From the NCBI GenBank assembly GCA_964016885.1, contig OZ024740.1, positions 51,522,001-51,586,000 on the forward strand: 64,000 bases of DNA, written 5' to 3'. Below the pieces are notes generated by a model. It did not search any database. It had not been told where the DNA came from and worked only from the letters and a program-made list of their open reading frames with translations. This DNA comes from Eledone cirrhosa. Lineage: Eukaryota. The first letter of the stretch is position 1; each line of letters starts with the position of its first letter. Shown here piece by piece: positions 1 to 13,389 of this stretch. The translations under genes and the position numbers were made by a program.

Positions 1-1974
1 ACAAATGGGTTAATATTGCTATTGTGATTGAGTAGTCTCATTCAGAAACTGCTCAAGCAAAACTTTGTCAGCGTTAATCTAGGTTTGGGATTTCCAAACT
101 TATTTTGCCATGGAACCCTTATGATTTTCCAACAAATCATGGAATCCATACATATATTTTGTGGATAATCTCAACCACACTAATTCAATAAAACATTAAT
201 TAAAACAAAAATTGTTTTAGAGTATTTATAAAAACAAAACAAAACATGTATTCGGATGTATATTGAATTTTATTAAAATATATCTAATATCACAGAACAT
301 TTTCATGAAACCCTACTTTAAGAAACATTGATTTGGGTTATGGTTTTAAAATTGGAAGATAAAGTAGCCACATATACTCTTTGTTGTATAGTAAGGATAA
401 AAGTAATTTAAGGAAAACCTGAAGGGATAAAGGAAGAGGCTGTTGATTGAACAATATAATGTAATTTAGAGTCAAACTAAGTCGGTTTGATATGATGGAA
501 AATAAAATAAAAAAAACATAAAGTTTGATGTAGAGAAATATTTTGAGCTATTTGCTTTTCTCCTCCTACAAGCCTACTGAGAAGTTATCCCTTTCATAAA
601 AGAATTGATTTGGTAGTTGGGTGTAAAATGATTTCAAATGATAATACATTCATAGGTTGTGAGGAACAAGATGGAAAAAAGCTTTTGAAACTAGCACAGA
701 CATGGTTGTATGGCTAAGAAGTTAAATTCACACCCACATGGTGCTGGGCTTTATCCCACTGCATGGTGATTTGCTCAAATGTCTTGTACTTTAGTCTTGG
801 GTTGTTGACTAATGCCTTGTGAATGGAATTTAGTATATGACAAATGATCACAAGTGGAGGATGCTGGGCTGGAAAAGATGCATCCAACCCATTTAAGCAT
901 GGAAAAGCAGACATAAAATGATGATGATGATATAATATGAAGAAAACTGATAAACTGGTGCTTTCAAGCAAACATATCTTGTGGCATTTGTTCTACCAAA
1001 GTTGCATATCTGCTTCCTTGTCACTCTTGCCATTGTAAATGCAGTGAACCAGTGATTGACCTGGAAATATGTAACCAACAATACTGCTGTTCATAAAATG
1101 CAATATAAAACATAAATATATGAGGGATTATTAACTTGTTACTTAACTTGCCAATATAGTGATCAAATATCTCCCTAACTCCACATTAGATATGACTGAA
1201 ACCATATTCCTAAACTCTGATATAGGGTACAAGTGAATCCAGCTAACATTAAATAATGAAATAATATAACAAAACAAGTAAATAGAATATTAATAAATTT
1301 TAAAATGATATAATGTTAAATTAACTTATGTAGATTTTAAAGCCCAATGCATTAGGCTTTAAGCTGGTAGATAGCAAGCAGAATTTCAACAGGTGTCTCA
1401 TGTTATAGTAATTGTTATGAAGATTTACAACCTGAGACTTCTGTATATCATTGATATCAAAATAATTTATTGTGAAGTGACTTCTGAGATAAGAAGGTAT
1501 AAATATTTTGATCAGCTGCTAAATATAAACAAAGTTTTTAAAAAATATATTAATCAAGTGGGAAAAATCAAAAAATAAAACTCATATTTTAAGGCCAAAA
1601 TTTTGTTGACAAAATCTGTTTAAATTTGTTAGATAAGGAGTGTCAAATGTCTGCTTGATGGTATTCATCAACAGGACATTAACTTTATTTGTCTTCAACT
1701 TAAGTGGCATGATTCTCAGCAGTGCAAAAAACAAACTCATGCTCTCAATTCATCCAAAACAAGATTGAAATTGAAATATCTATGAAAGAACTAATTATGA
1801 TATAATTAAATCTAAATAAAAATATACCAACTATATCAAGACACAGTCCCCCAAAATAACCCTGCTAGGGACAGTTCAAAACACTTTCGATTCAATATCA
1901 CAGCTCAAACTGTACACACTCTGTACATAAATCATACTCTATACAATAAGCACTCAATAAAAGAATATAAGCCC

Positions 1975-2171
1975 ACGGTAAAAGGCAACACGGTAAAAAC
2001 CTCCCAGTCCCACACTGTAAATGTGGTTGGTGTTAGGAAGGGCATCCAGCTGTAGAAAACCCGCCAGACAGTCCTATGCGAGCAAGACAACCACTCTTGC
2101 CTCAAGTGGGAAAACTCCCGTCCAAACCCATGCAAGCGTGGAACATGGACGTTAAACGATGATGATGATGA
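1975..2171 (+). mobile_element. RTE LINE 3' UTR/tail fragment (subfamily B)
   Basis: Near-identical to 40290..40483; ends in a (GAT)n tail. Confidence 0.8.
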
Positions 2172-2239
2172 AGCCCACTCAAAAATACTCTATACAGTCT
2201 ACACAATCACCTAACACTATAACATAATACATACTCTAA

Positions 2240-4940
2240 CAAACGACAATGACTTCCTAATCATTGCAGGAGATTTTAATGGACACGTAGGTAAACACCG
2301 TGACAGCTTCTATAGAGTCGATGGAGGCCATGGGGTTGGCACAAGAAATGAAGAAGGCTTCAGGCTTCTAGAATTCTGCGACGCCAATGACATGTCGATA
2401 TGTAACACAAACTTCAAAAAATCCGACAACCATCTGATCACCTATAGATCAGGGGGAGCATTCTAGTCAGATAGATTTTATCCTCATCAGAGGACGTGAC
2501 AGATGGACGGTCGTAAACACAAAAGCCTTCCCTAGTGAGAAATGTACCTCCCAACATAGTTGACTTAGATGTCAGCGACCTCACGGTCAGAACTAGACGA
2601 ACCTGGAAACAGAAGCCAACCTGGAGAAGAAAGATCAGGAAGCTGAAAGATCCCTCAGCCAGTAACAGATTTAAAGATATTTTACTCAACGCCTATGACA
2701 GTAAAGAAGAGCAGATAGAAACATTCAATGTAGAAGAGCACTGGGAGTTCCTAAAAAATAACCTACTAAAGGCGACGGATGAGATCTGTGGCTGGAGTAA
2801 GACCACAGGCAGGAGGAGAGTGACTTGGTGGTGGAACAATAAGGTAGATGAGGAAGTTAAGGCCAGAGACAGGCATGGAAAGAGTGGAAGAATGGGGGAA
2901 GCAGGGTACATTACATAGAGACCAGGAGGGAAGCTAGGTGACAAGTATACTTAGCTAGGAGGGAAGCAGAGGATAGAAAATTCAAGCATGTTTTGCAACG
3001 TGAGGACTAGAAACAGGAGGTGTTCAAGATTGCGAGGCAGTGTGTCAGAGAGAATTGTGATGTCATTGGAGAGAAGTGTATCCGGAATGATAAAGGTGAG
3101 CTTGCCCTCACAAGTGCTGAGAAGAAAGATGCATGGAAGAGTCATTATGATAGATTACTAAATGAGGAGAATGCATGGGAAGAAGAGACCCTACCCCAAG
3201 TAGACCGTATAGAGGGGCCAGCAGTACAAGTCAGCAGCAGCGTAGTAAGTAAGGCAATCAAAAATATGAAGACGGGGAAGGCAACCAATCCATCGGGTAT
3301 AGCTGCCGAGATGCTGAAGGCATCTGGGTTGGTAGATCACACCATTACCACACGTATTGTTAACCAGGTAATACTAGAAGGTAGCATACCAACGGATTGG
3401 TGCAGTAGCATCATTGTCAACTGCTACAAAGGTAAATGTGATGCACTAGATAGAGGTATAAAGCTGATGGACCAGGTCATGAAAGTAACAGAAAGAGTTA
3501 TAGCACAGTTGATTAGGGACCGGGTGAAACTAGATGAGATGTAATTTGGGTTTGTGCCAGGAAGAGGCACCACTGATGTCCTCTTCATTGTGAGGCAGTT
3601 ACAGGAAAAGTACCTAGCTAAAAGTAAGCCACTCTACCTGGCATTTGTCGATCTCGAGAAAGCCTTTGACAGAGTTCCACGTGCTATAATCTGGTGGGCT
3701 CTTAGAAAACTAGGAGTAGATGAATGGCTTGTGAAAGCTGTACAAGCCATGTATAGAGGAACAGTCAGCAAAGTTATGATTAGCAATGACTAAAGCAAAG
3801 AATTTAGCGTACAGGTCGGTGTCCACCAGGGCTCTGTTCTTAGCCCTCTCCTGTTCATCATAGTCCTGCAGGCATTAACGGAGGAGTTTAAGACTGGATG
3901 CCCATGGGAACTCCTGTATGCAGATGACCTCACATTTATAGCTGAATCTAGAGAAGCAATTCCAAACTTGGAAGCAGGGACTAGAAAGAAAGGGTCTCAA
4001 AGTCAACCTGACAAAGACTAAGGTCCTTGTAAGTAGACGAGAAAACAGAACCCAGATCCCCTCAGGGAAATGGCCTTGCTCAGTATGTAGGAAAGGTGTA
4101 GGTAGGAACTCCATTCTCTGCCCCAAATGCAAACAATGGGTACACAAGAGATGTAGCGGGATCTCAGGAAGCTTAACTAAGAATGTAGGCTTCACATGTA
4201 GCAGCTGTGCTGGGACAGCAAGCAGCAAACAGCCACAGGAAACACGTACCACCAAACTCTGGGAGGGCTCTGTAGAAACAGTAGACAGCTTCTGCTACCT
4301 AGGTGACCGAATTAGCAGCGGAGGTGGGTGTTCGGAAAGTACAATACCTAGGGTAAGAACGGGATGGAAGAAGTTCAGGGAGCTACTGCCACTGCTAGCT
4401 GCAAAAGGCTTTTCCCTCAAAATGAAAGGCAGACTGTATGATGCGTGTATACGAACAGCAATGTTACATGGTAGTGAGACCTGGGCACTGAAGGTGGAAG
4501 ACTTAAGTAGATTATAAAGAAACGAAGCGTGCATGCTCCGATGGATGTGTAATAGTAATATACGTGAACGGCAAAGCATTAATGAATTGAGAGAGAGACT
4601 GAGCATAAGAGGAATCAAATGCTGTGTGCAGGAGAGGCGGTTGCGTTGGTATTGACATGTGATGCGTATGAAGGATGATAGTGGCATAAAAAGGTGTAGA
4701 GCACTAGAAGTCAATGGAAACCTCTGGCGTCACGCAGTAATACAGAAGACCCGACCCCCCACGGGTACAAGCTGAAGCATTTAGACAATATGCCGCCACA
4801 CCCCTCCCCTGCAAAGTGGTTGTGGAGGTGTCACAACAAAAAAGCACTCAGCCCACACTGTAAAGTGGTCGTGGAGGTGCCACGGCAAAAAAAGCACCCA
4901 GCACTCACTGAAAATGAGGTTGGTGTTAGGAAGGGCATCT
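2240..4940 (+). mobile_element. RTE-clade non-LTR retrotransposon (subfamily A), 5'-truncated and decayed
   Basis: APE motif IIAGDFNGHVG; RT motifs AFVDLEKAFDRVP, GVHQGSVLSP, LLYADDL; several stops and frameshifts; 3' UTR shared with other copies. Confidence 0.93.
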
Positions 4941-5165
4941 TCAGTCCTTTCAGCCGCGTCCACCACATAACCTCTTTTGCTACAGACACCAGGCAGAGGA
5001 AAAGTGCCTGCTCCTGCCAGCTCAAAAAAGGGGACGTCGTGATCTTCACGATGGACTTGGTTGATAGCTGAATTTGTTCTACACGCAATAATAGCTGTTC
5101 GACAAATCTTCACAAGTCAGTAATGCAAGGACACTGGATGAGTGCTTGCAGAATGGTTTTATCAC
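4941..5165 (-). mobile_element. L1/Tx1-clade ORF2 C-terminal fragment
   Basis: Minus-strand peptides CPCITDL*RFVEQLLL and AKEVMWWTRLKG resemble the Cys/Trp-rich C-terminus of Tx1-like ORF2. Confidence 0.5.
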
Positions 5166-5399
5166 TCTGCGCTCATCTTGGACAGGTCCATCTAACAGAA
5201 CTTCCATAAATTTAAAATTTAAAGTACATATATATGGGCCTTTGGCCTAAATATTAAGGGGACTCCCTTCTTCAGGGCAAAGACTTATGCCTTATGCCCC
5301 CTTTGCAACAAAAAATTACAACAAAATACCAAATGGATGAAAACAAACAAACTTACAGGAACGATCTGCAATACCTTTCCAGAAGTGAATGAACAAAAT

Positions 5400-6900
5400 A
5401 ATAATAATAATGGTTTCTGATTTAGGAACAAGTCCAACAATTTTTGTGGAAGGGGAAAGTCAATTAAATTGACCCCAGTACTTGATTACTAGTACTTTAT
5501 TTTATCGACCCTTTAAAGATGAATGGCAAAGCTAGCCGTAGCAGGATTTGAACTCAGAATGTAAAGGCCATAACTATAACATGTTGTCCAACACTCTATT
5601 GATACTGCCAATCCACAGTGATCTAAAAAGGGAGACTGAAGCATTGCAGATCTGAATCCAAGGTCAACTTTGAGTACAAGTTGGTATCTCTAGGGTATAT
5701 CATCTTGGTGAAAGTGTGAAATACTGTCTGTGTGGAACTAATACAGAAAGTGTCACCCACAATGCTAGCTTCAAAAAGTATAAAAGAAGACACAGTCTGT
5801 ATGTACATTCACTAAACAATGTGCAAAAAATACGGGTATCAGGTATATGTAGCACCAGCATGTCCCAGAATGTGTACTTGATGACAGGGACAAACCCAGA
5901 CTGCAGACCTGATATTGTTGTTATGTTCAGGAATAGACATGAATGCTAGATTATTGATGTTTTCATCTCATCTAACAACAACATTATTGCAATTCTAGTT
6001 ATCAGCTAAGATTTAGGATCAATACCACTAAAACTGAGAGATCTTAAACAAATACTTTGAATCACAAATTGCTATACTACATGCAAAAGACTGCTCTGTT
6101 GTGCACTGCATATATAACCCATGAAAATACTGTCAAATATTCATGTTGAGACCTGACAAGCAGTAGAAGATCCGCTATCATCATATTTACTATGTAAGCC
6201 ATTAATAATAAATATTCTACTACTACTTCTGTTGCTGCTGCTGATTTCTACTATAGGCACAAGGCCAGCAATTTTGGAGGAGGAGAAAGCCAATTAATTC
6301 AACCCCAGTGCGCTACTGGAATTTTATTTTATCAACCCTGTAAGGATGAAAGGCAAGGTTAAGTTTCAGCGGGATTTGAACTCAGAGCGTAAAGGACCGC
6401 AACTCAAAGCATATTGTCCAACGCTCTAATAATACTACCATAATAATAATTGTTTCTACTTTTGGCACAAGGCCAGCAAATACCCAGTGTATTACTGGTA
6501 CTTTATTTTATCGACCCCATAAGGATGAAAGGCAAAGTTAACCATACTGCCATAATAATAATAATGATAATTTCTTTTGTTTAGCCAATAAGAGTAATTA
6601 TATTCTTAGTCATACATATATTTACATGAAACATAAAAACTGGGGAGGGGGATTACAAGAGAAAATTATACAAAAATGAGGGAAATTGGTCAGAGATATT
6701 GCATAAAGAAAATATTTTAACATTTTGTATAAAAATAAGGACAAATAAATAAACAAATAATTATTTTTAATACAGGCACAATGCCAGAATGTGGGGGGGG
6801 GGGGGGAATTAAATCAACCTCTGTACTTGACTAATAGTTTATTTTATTGCTCTCCCATCCCTAGAAAGATGAATGGCAAAGTTGAACTCATAATGTAGAG
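5400..6900 (-). mobile_element. Cluster of tRNA-derived SINEs with Meta-like central domain (~5400-5620, 6240-6430, 6445-6560, 6765-6900)
   Basis: Reverse complements of the SINE at 48640..48829 (GCCTTTCATCCTTACGGGGTCGATAAAATAAAGTACCAG core, ATT tails). Confidence 0.8.
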
Positions 6901-7051
6901 ACACTACATGTATCTCAAGGTATTAGTTCCAATCAATAATCTTCTTGTGTATGAGTGTCTCAGGTGGTTGTCATTCACCTGATCAAGATCAGAGATCAAT
7001 AATTAATTTTCAAAGCCCACCATGAGGAGGTCGACAAACTTGATCCCGCTA

Positions 7052-7651
7052 TCTTAACTATAATAAAGGAAGGTCTGCGGATTGCGTCCAGAATCATCAT
7101 CATCATTACCGTTTTACGTCCGTTCTTCCACGCTAGCATGGGTTAGACGGGTTGTCCTGTTGTAGGCAGTGTCTAGTCGGCTGACCTTGCCTTGCTCATA
7201 CAGAATATATTTTTTTACCCCGTTTGTAAAATAAGTTGGATTACTTTGAATAAATAATGAATGAATATTACATAATTTATGTGCTAAATTTCGTGGCTGT
7301 TGATTAAATATATTTGATAGCTTAATCTTTAAAATTCACTTCTTTAAAATTATCAAATGTCAACACTTCCGGTTAGCAGCCGTTATATTATAACACTTAT
7401 AATCGCATATATTTCCGTTGCTAATTTTCTCCTAATGCAGTTTATATATAATGTCGTCTTTTTTTTAATATATCATGGATTACTGATTACAGAAGGCAGT
7501 GTAACATAGGCTTTGTTCAATTTCTGTGTATATTGTCAATTACGATTTTATTTGATGTATCATATCTACATGCATATATATTTGTGTATAATATCAATAT
7601 ACACACTACACATGCTAGCAGAAAACCAACCGTAGGGTGGTTTTCTGCTAG
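7052..7651 (+). mobile_element. Non-autonomous Helitron with an RTE tail inserted at ~7094-7205
   Basis: A|TC 5' end, 3' hairpin ending CTAG|T; body similar to 42668..42970. Confidence 0.65.
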
Positions 7652-7654
7652 TCA

Positions 7655-7860
7655 ATAATAATAATTGTTTCTACTTTTGGCACAAGGCCAGCAATTATCT
7701 CAGTGTATTACTGGTACTTTATTTTATCGACCCCGTAAGGATGAAAGGCAAAGTTAACCTCGGCAGGATATGAACTCAGACTATAAAGATCTGTAACTCT
7801 TTGCTGCAAAGCATGGCGTCCAACCCTTTATCGATACTGCCAATCCACCGCCCTACTCAA
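7655..7860 (-). mobile_element. Meta-like tRNA-derived SINE, full length
   Basis: Reverse complement of 48640..48829 with A/B boxes. Confidence 0.85.
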
Positions 7861-8156
7861 TAATAATAATGATGGTTTCTAACTTAAGCACAAGGCCAGA
7901 AATTTGTGATTTATATTGATTTAATCAACACAATACTTGATTAGCCTAGTATGTATTTCATCAAACTAGGAATAATAAATAAAAAAGTTAACCACAGCAG
8001 GATTTCAAGTTAGCATGTGTTTTGTACATCTATGTGTATCTATTAACATCCATCATCAATGATCATTTTGTTGTGATTTCTATATATTTGGTCAATTCCT
8101 ATTTTAATCTCCCGCAAAATAAATTGTCTATCTATTTTCTTATCTTTTTTTTCCAG

Positions 8157-8320
8157 ATTATTTTTAACACCTGATCAAATAGATTTATTTGTTGTACATC
8201 ACTTCGGCTTTTTCCTCGATCTTACAATTGGATTTTTTCTATTCTTCGATGTAACCCGACCCTATGCATTTATCTTTGGGATAAGTTTTCATTTCATGAA
8301 TTCCCAAATATTTAATATAG
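8157..8320 (+). CDS. GGCX: Vitamin K-dependent gamma-glutamyl carboxylase, internal exon (human exon 7 equivalent)
   Basis: ttccag| and |gtaag splice sites, 164 nt; LFLTPDQIDLFVVHHFGFFLDLTIGFFLFFDVTRPYAFIFGISFHFMNSQIFNIG matches the GGCX VHWGGLLLDL..FHCMNSQLFSIG region. Confidence 0.95.
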
Positions 8321-9324
8321 GTAAGCCTTCAAGTAATTCAAATGTGTTTTAATTGTCATGTGGCATGTTAATATTTTTCCCACTTCTATGAATGTAAATG
8401 TTATAGAAATAACATTAAGTATAGTCCATTTGATGTTGAGTATTTAAGAATGAGAATAGTTGGGTCTAAGTGTATTGAAAAAAGCAGATGGTAATCAAAG
8501 GAATTGGCTTCTGTACTTTTTATAGGCATGTAATCCTAATTGACAATACATACTGAGTGTTGATGATAGACCAAAAAAGACAGGAAGAAGTAGTGAGGTT
8601 TAGATTTGAGAATGCTAGGTTTTTTATACACAAAATATTTCAAGATTTAGGCCATGTTCTGTGAAACCATCTAACTATATCAGCTTAGAAAAATATATTG
8701 GTGATGAAGATGATGATACATACCCTAGCTACTAAAGCACCATTCATAAATACATCAATGTGCCTATGAAGAAGCTTCTACTCAACCTGCTAAAATTAAT
8801 AGCCAAACTACCCTCAGATTATACCTTATTGTCTTAACTCTTTCTTGACCATATTTTTAATGTAATACACTGTATTTCAATTAAATAGTGAAGAATTTTG
8901 AAGGTTTTACTAAAATTGTTAATTATTTCATTACTAAGATTGTAACTTAACATATGGTTCTTATATAAAATTATGTTGGAAGATTTTAATTTAAATAGGA
9001 TGTTTTTTTTTCATTGAACCAGAGCTGATTTTAGCCAGGTTGGTACCAAAAGGTTAAAAAAAAAAGGAAACATGTTAATGTAGTCCTACATAATTTACAT
9101 GTAGGGTACCATTTGTTGATGTTAAAGGACCTGTGACTTGCATATGATACAGATAATTATAGGTCTTATTGTTAATATTTGTCCCAAAGTATTACTGGTA
9201 TTCACAATTGAAAGCTAAATGACTGAATGCAGCCCAACAATACTGGAAGTAGAATCTTGAATTTATACTTTAAATTTAATAGTTTTTATTATTTTTGTTT
9301 TTAGGCTTTATAAATGTTTTTATA

Positions 9325-9663
9325 TAGGCACATGGCTTAGTGGTTAGAGCATTGGCCTTGCAACCGAAAGGTTGTGAGTTCAATTCTCAGACTGGGTGAT
9401 GTGTTGTTTCCTTGAGCAAGACACTTTATTTCACATTGCTCCAGTTTACTCAGCTGTAGAAATGAGATGATTGGGACTGGAGTTCCTATCATTCCACTGC
9501 AAAATGGTCGTGGAGGTGCCACGGCAAAAAAGCACCCAGCACTCACTGTAAATGAGGTTGGTGTTAGGAAGGGCATCCAGCTGTAGAAATCAAGCCAGAA
9601 TCAGTTCCCGTCCCACCCTTGCAAGCAGGGTAAAGCGGACGTAAAAATGAAATGAATGATGAT
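9325..9663 (+). mobile_element. CORE-type tRNA-derived SINE with RTE-derived 3' tail
   Basis: A box TGGCTTAGTGG, B box GAGTTCAATTC, CORE-like TCCTTGAGCAAGACACTT, tail matching the RTE-A 3' UTR; copies at 19640..19982 (-) and 59000..59405 (+). Confidence 0.85.
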
Positions 9664-10582
9664 ACATTAGTCTCCTGTATTTTGGTCTCATTTTTGCCTT
9701 TCATCCTTACGGGGTCGATAAAAATAAAGTACCAGTAATGCACTGGGTAATTGCTGGCCTTGTGCCTAAAGTATAAACAATTATATAGCCTATTGTAGCC
9801 AATTTATCTGTAATATTCTATTCTTAGGTTCTCTCCCTCTCTCATTCTGCCTGTTTATCTCTCTTTCTACTTTATGATATAACTGAAACCAAGTATGTTC
9901 TATTCCCCAGTTGATAACACATTAAAGTGGTCTCATTAAGAAAAGATAAACTTGATATATAAAGTTTAAATTATAATCTTAATAAATAAGTGTAGCCGTG
10001 CAAATTGCTCAAATAACCTTTGTTTCAAATCTAATTTTGATAATGGTAAACAATTAACTAATGCCCAGCTGTAGTATTGTTACTTAACTTCCATAAAAAG
10101 TTGTATCAATTACTCAATTAAGTTCCCACAACTAATCCCGCAAGTTGATGGGGTGCTACTCAAGATGTTTGACTGTGTATCCATCATGGCATTTTAGTGG
10201 GCCTTAGAAATTCTTGGTGATGCCTATTTCCTCACTAAGTTTAGCCTGCCAGCAGAAGCAGTTATTGAGGTGTAGCTGAAAAATATCACAGAGCTAGAAG
10301 TGTGAGTCAGGTATCCCCATATATCTAAGGATGCTGCTACTGGACATCAAGGTGTTCTCTCTACTTAAACATCCCAGTATTGAGATAATGTTTCTTTAAA
10401 TCCTGGATATGGTACAGCCATTATTTTAACAATGTTTCTTCAAATCACTTCACTCTATTTTCAAAGGAACATTAGTTAATGCTATATCCAATATTGAAAT
10501 AACTTCTCTTTAAATCGTTTCACTTTTCTTTTAAAGAGACAGTAGGTAACAGTATATTGCTTTTGAAAACACAATTCTATAA

Positions 10583-11105
10583 CCCTTTAGCATTTACATT
10601 ATTCTATATATAAGGTTGGTAGATTGGCAGTATCGGTAGAGTGTTGAACGCCATGCTTTCTAGCATAGAGTTACGGCCCTTGCCATTCTGAGCTCAAATC
10701 CTGCCGAGGTTAACTTTGCCTTTCATCCTTACGGGGCCGATAAAATAAAGTACCAGTAATGCACTGGGTTATTGCTCACCTTGTGCCATAAGTAGAAACA
10801 ATTATTCTATATATAATTGTTTCTACTATTGGCACAAGGCCAGAAATTACTCAGTACATTACTGGTACTTTATTTTATCGACCCCGTAAGGATGAAAGGC
10901 AAAGTTAACCTCGGCGGGATTATTCTATATATAATATTGTATTTTCATGGTAAAGGCTTTACCTCACATAATTATCTCACATAATATTGAATCTATGAGA
11001 TTTTGATATTATTTATTTTGAGAACAATACCTTAACATCAGTATGAGCGGCCAGTTACAGCCAGTTTGAACAGGTAAGAGAATTCTGGCCGGATACGGCC
11101 GGTTT
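10583..11105 (+). mobile_element. piggyBac-like MITE carrying two nested SINEs (10615..10803 +, 10815..10920 -)
   Basis: CCCTTTAGCATTT end and body shared with 12110..12308 and 36030..36238; ATTATTCTATATATAA target repeated three times. Confidence 0.75.
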
Positions 11106-11340
11106 TTTTTTTGTATAAACCCCATCAGTCATGAATAGGCTAGCTTTACCTATTAGATCTTCTTTCAAAGAAAACTTAACTAAATGGATTTAAAAAATCT
11201 TATTGAATTAATAATCTTAATTAAGAAATTGAGGGATGAATGAAATAGGAGAAGAGTTCCACTGACTAGCTTTTGTTGGAAATTCATTGCTCCTTATATA
11301 TGGTTGATTGCAAAATGTACAAATTCTGTTCTGTTTTCAG

Positions 11341-11495
11341 GGATGTTTCCATGGGCAATGATGGCTACAATGATAATATTCTTCTATCCTGATTGGCCTA
11401 GGAGGATTTTTAAAACCTTACCAGAATGTTTTTCTTTACTATTTCCTGAAGGCGAACCAATCCAAGAAAGCAATCATTGTATTTATGCTGTGAAG
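11341..11495 (+). CDS. GGCX: GGCX internal exon
   Basis: tttcag| and AAG|gtagaa; GMFPWAMMATMIIFFYPDWPRR..CIYAVK; phase matches neighbouring exons. Confidence 0.93.
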
Positions 11496-11567
11496 GTAGA
11501 ACTTATGGTGATCATCATCATCATCATCGTCATCATCATCATCATCATCATCACCACCAGCAACACC

Positions 11568-11599
<32 letters not shown>

Positions 11600-11977
11600 G
11601 TGAATTTGATAGTGCAAAAGATTCAAATTGTTTATTTCTAATTTTGGAACATAATTTTAGATAGGGAACAGGCAATTAAAAAATCTACCTGTAAGGTAGA
11701 TAGTTAAATTCAACAAAACCTTTTGTTTATTACTCTACCAATTATGTAATCTACTATCTTCAAAATTCAAATTTGTAATTGTAACAAAAACACATAAGAA
11801 TGACACAAGATATCCTGTTCTGAATTAGTTTCCTTAATTATTCTTTTGATGAAATATAAGGACCATTAAACAACTCCAGCATTTTTGCTATTATATTTTT
11901 AACAATATCCTATTTGCTTTATGGTAACTTAATAAAGCACTATTTTCTATTAGTTATAAAGTGACGTTAAACATTGG

Positions 11978-12039
<62 letters not shown>

Positions 12040-12109
12040 GTGCCAAGTAACTTAGACAGAATTCAACACCAATAATTTTATATAAACTGATAATATTGAC
12101 AAGTAGTAA

Positions 12110-12308
12110 CCCTTTAGCATTTAAACTGGCCGAATCCGGCCAGAATTCTCTCACCTCTTTCTTTTTAAACTGGCTGTAAATGGCCACTCATAAGGTATTG
12201 TTCTCAAAATAAATAATATCAAAATCTCATAGATTCGATATGATGTGAGGTAAAGCCTTTACCATGAAAATATAATATTAAATATAGAGTAATGTAAATG
12301 CTAAAGGG
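12110..12308 (-). mobile_element. piggyBac-like MITE
   Basis: TIR CCCTTTAGCATTT/AAATGCTAAAGGG with GTAA and TTAA flanks. Confidence 0.75.
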
Positions 12309-13389
12309 TTAAATTAACTGAATATGACTTTCATTTTGTGTTCTTCACATTGTCAAAATTATATCAAGAAAGTTTAACTTCCTATTAAGAATTAAAAAAG
12401 ATATCATCCCTGAACAAATCTCATCAATACAATTCAAGAAAAATAGTGGTGGTCAGCATCAATAATAGTAATAGCTAGTTGCAAAATAGGAGACATGCCT
12501 TCAGAAGACATAGCTTATGTTTCAGGTATAGTTAACTCTCCATAAGGTCCAAATACTGTATACTACCTTACACCTCTTCAATCACTAACAGAGGAATGGT
12601 ATTCATAAAGAAAGCTATTTTAACTGAAAATCTCCAGACTCTAGTTCACCCACATTTTGTATCATTTCTCTGTTTCTTGTGTCAGTAAAATAATAGACTT
12701 TTAGAAAATGTAGAAATCTCAAACAGATACTAACTGTGACTAAAATCAATTGCTATAAGTAATAGGTTAGAAAATCAGGTAAAATACCTCTATAGATGAA
12801 AAAAGTGGCTAGCAGCTACTACAAAGAATAAAACTCTGTTGCACTCTGACCCTGATGTGCAGCCATTCTACTCTATTTTTCTTATCCTCAAATGAAATTC
12901 TGCTAAAGTAGACAACAAAATACAAGTTTATAGGAAACATACTTTCCCCTTACTTACACATTTACATACACAGCCAAGTGTATATGCAAGAATATGTTTA
13001 CACTTTAATAAACACACTTAGGTACACATATCAAAGCATGTTTTAATATTCACACACACAATGGTGGAGGGTTGGCAGAATTGGTAGATCTTTGGATAAA
13101 ATGCCATTGCAGTATTTGTTTTAGCACTTTACTTTGGGAGTTCAAATGCTGTGGAAGTCAATTTTGCCTTTCATTCTTCTAAGGCCAATAAAATAAAGTA
13201 CCAGTCAAGTACTGCGGTTGATTTAATCAACTTTGGCATGCCCTCAAATTTGTTGGCTTTATTCCTAAATTAGAAATCAATATTCACACACACATGTTCT
13301 GCTGTTGATATATACATACACAGCATGTTCTGCTGTTGATATACACATACACACTCACACACACATCCACAATTGCATGCACATGCACA

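Noticed and set aside
1-8156. Upstream GGCX exons (catalytic KKLDADW region)
   Set aside because: No matching peptide found by eye; presumably upstream of the window
9330-9400. tRNA gene
   Set aside because: The A/B boxes are the head of a multi-copy SINE with no complete cloverleaf; the same applies to 48640
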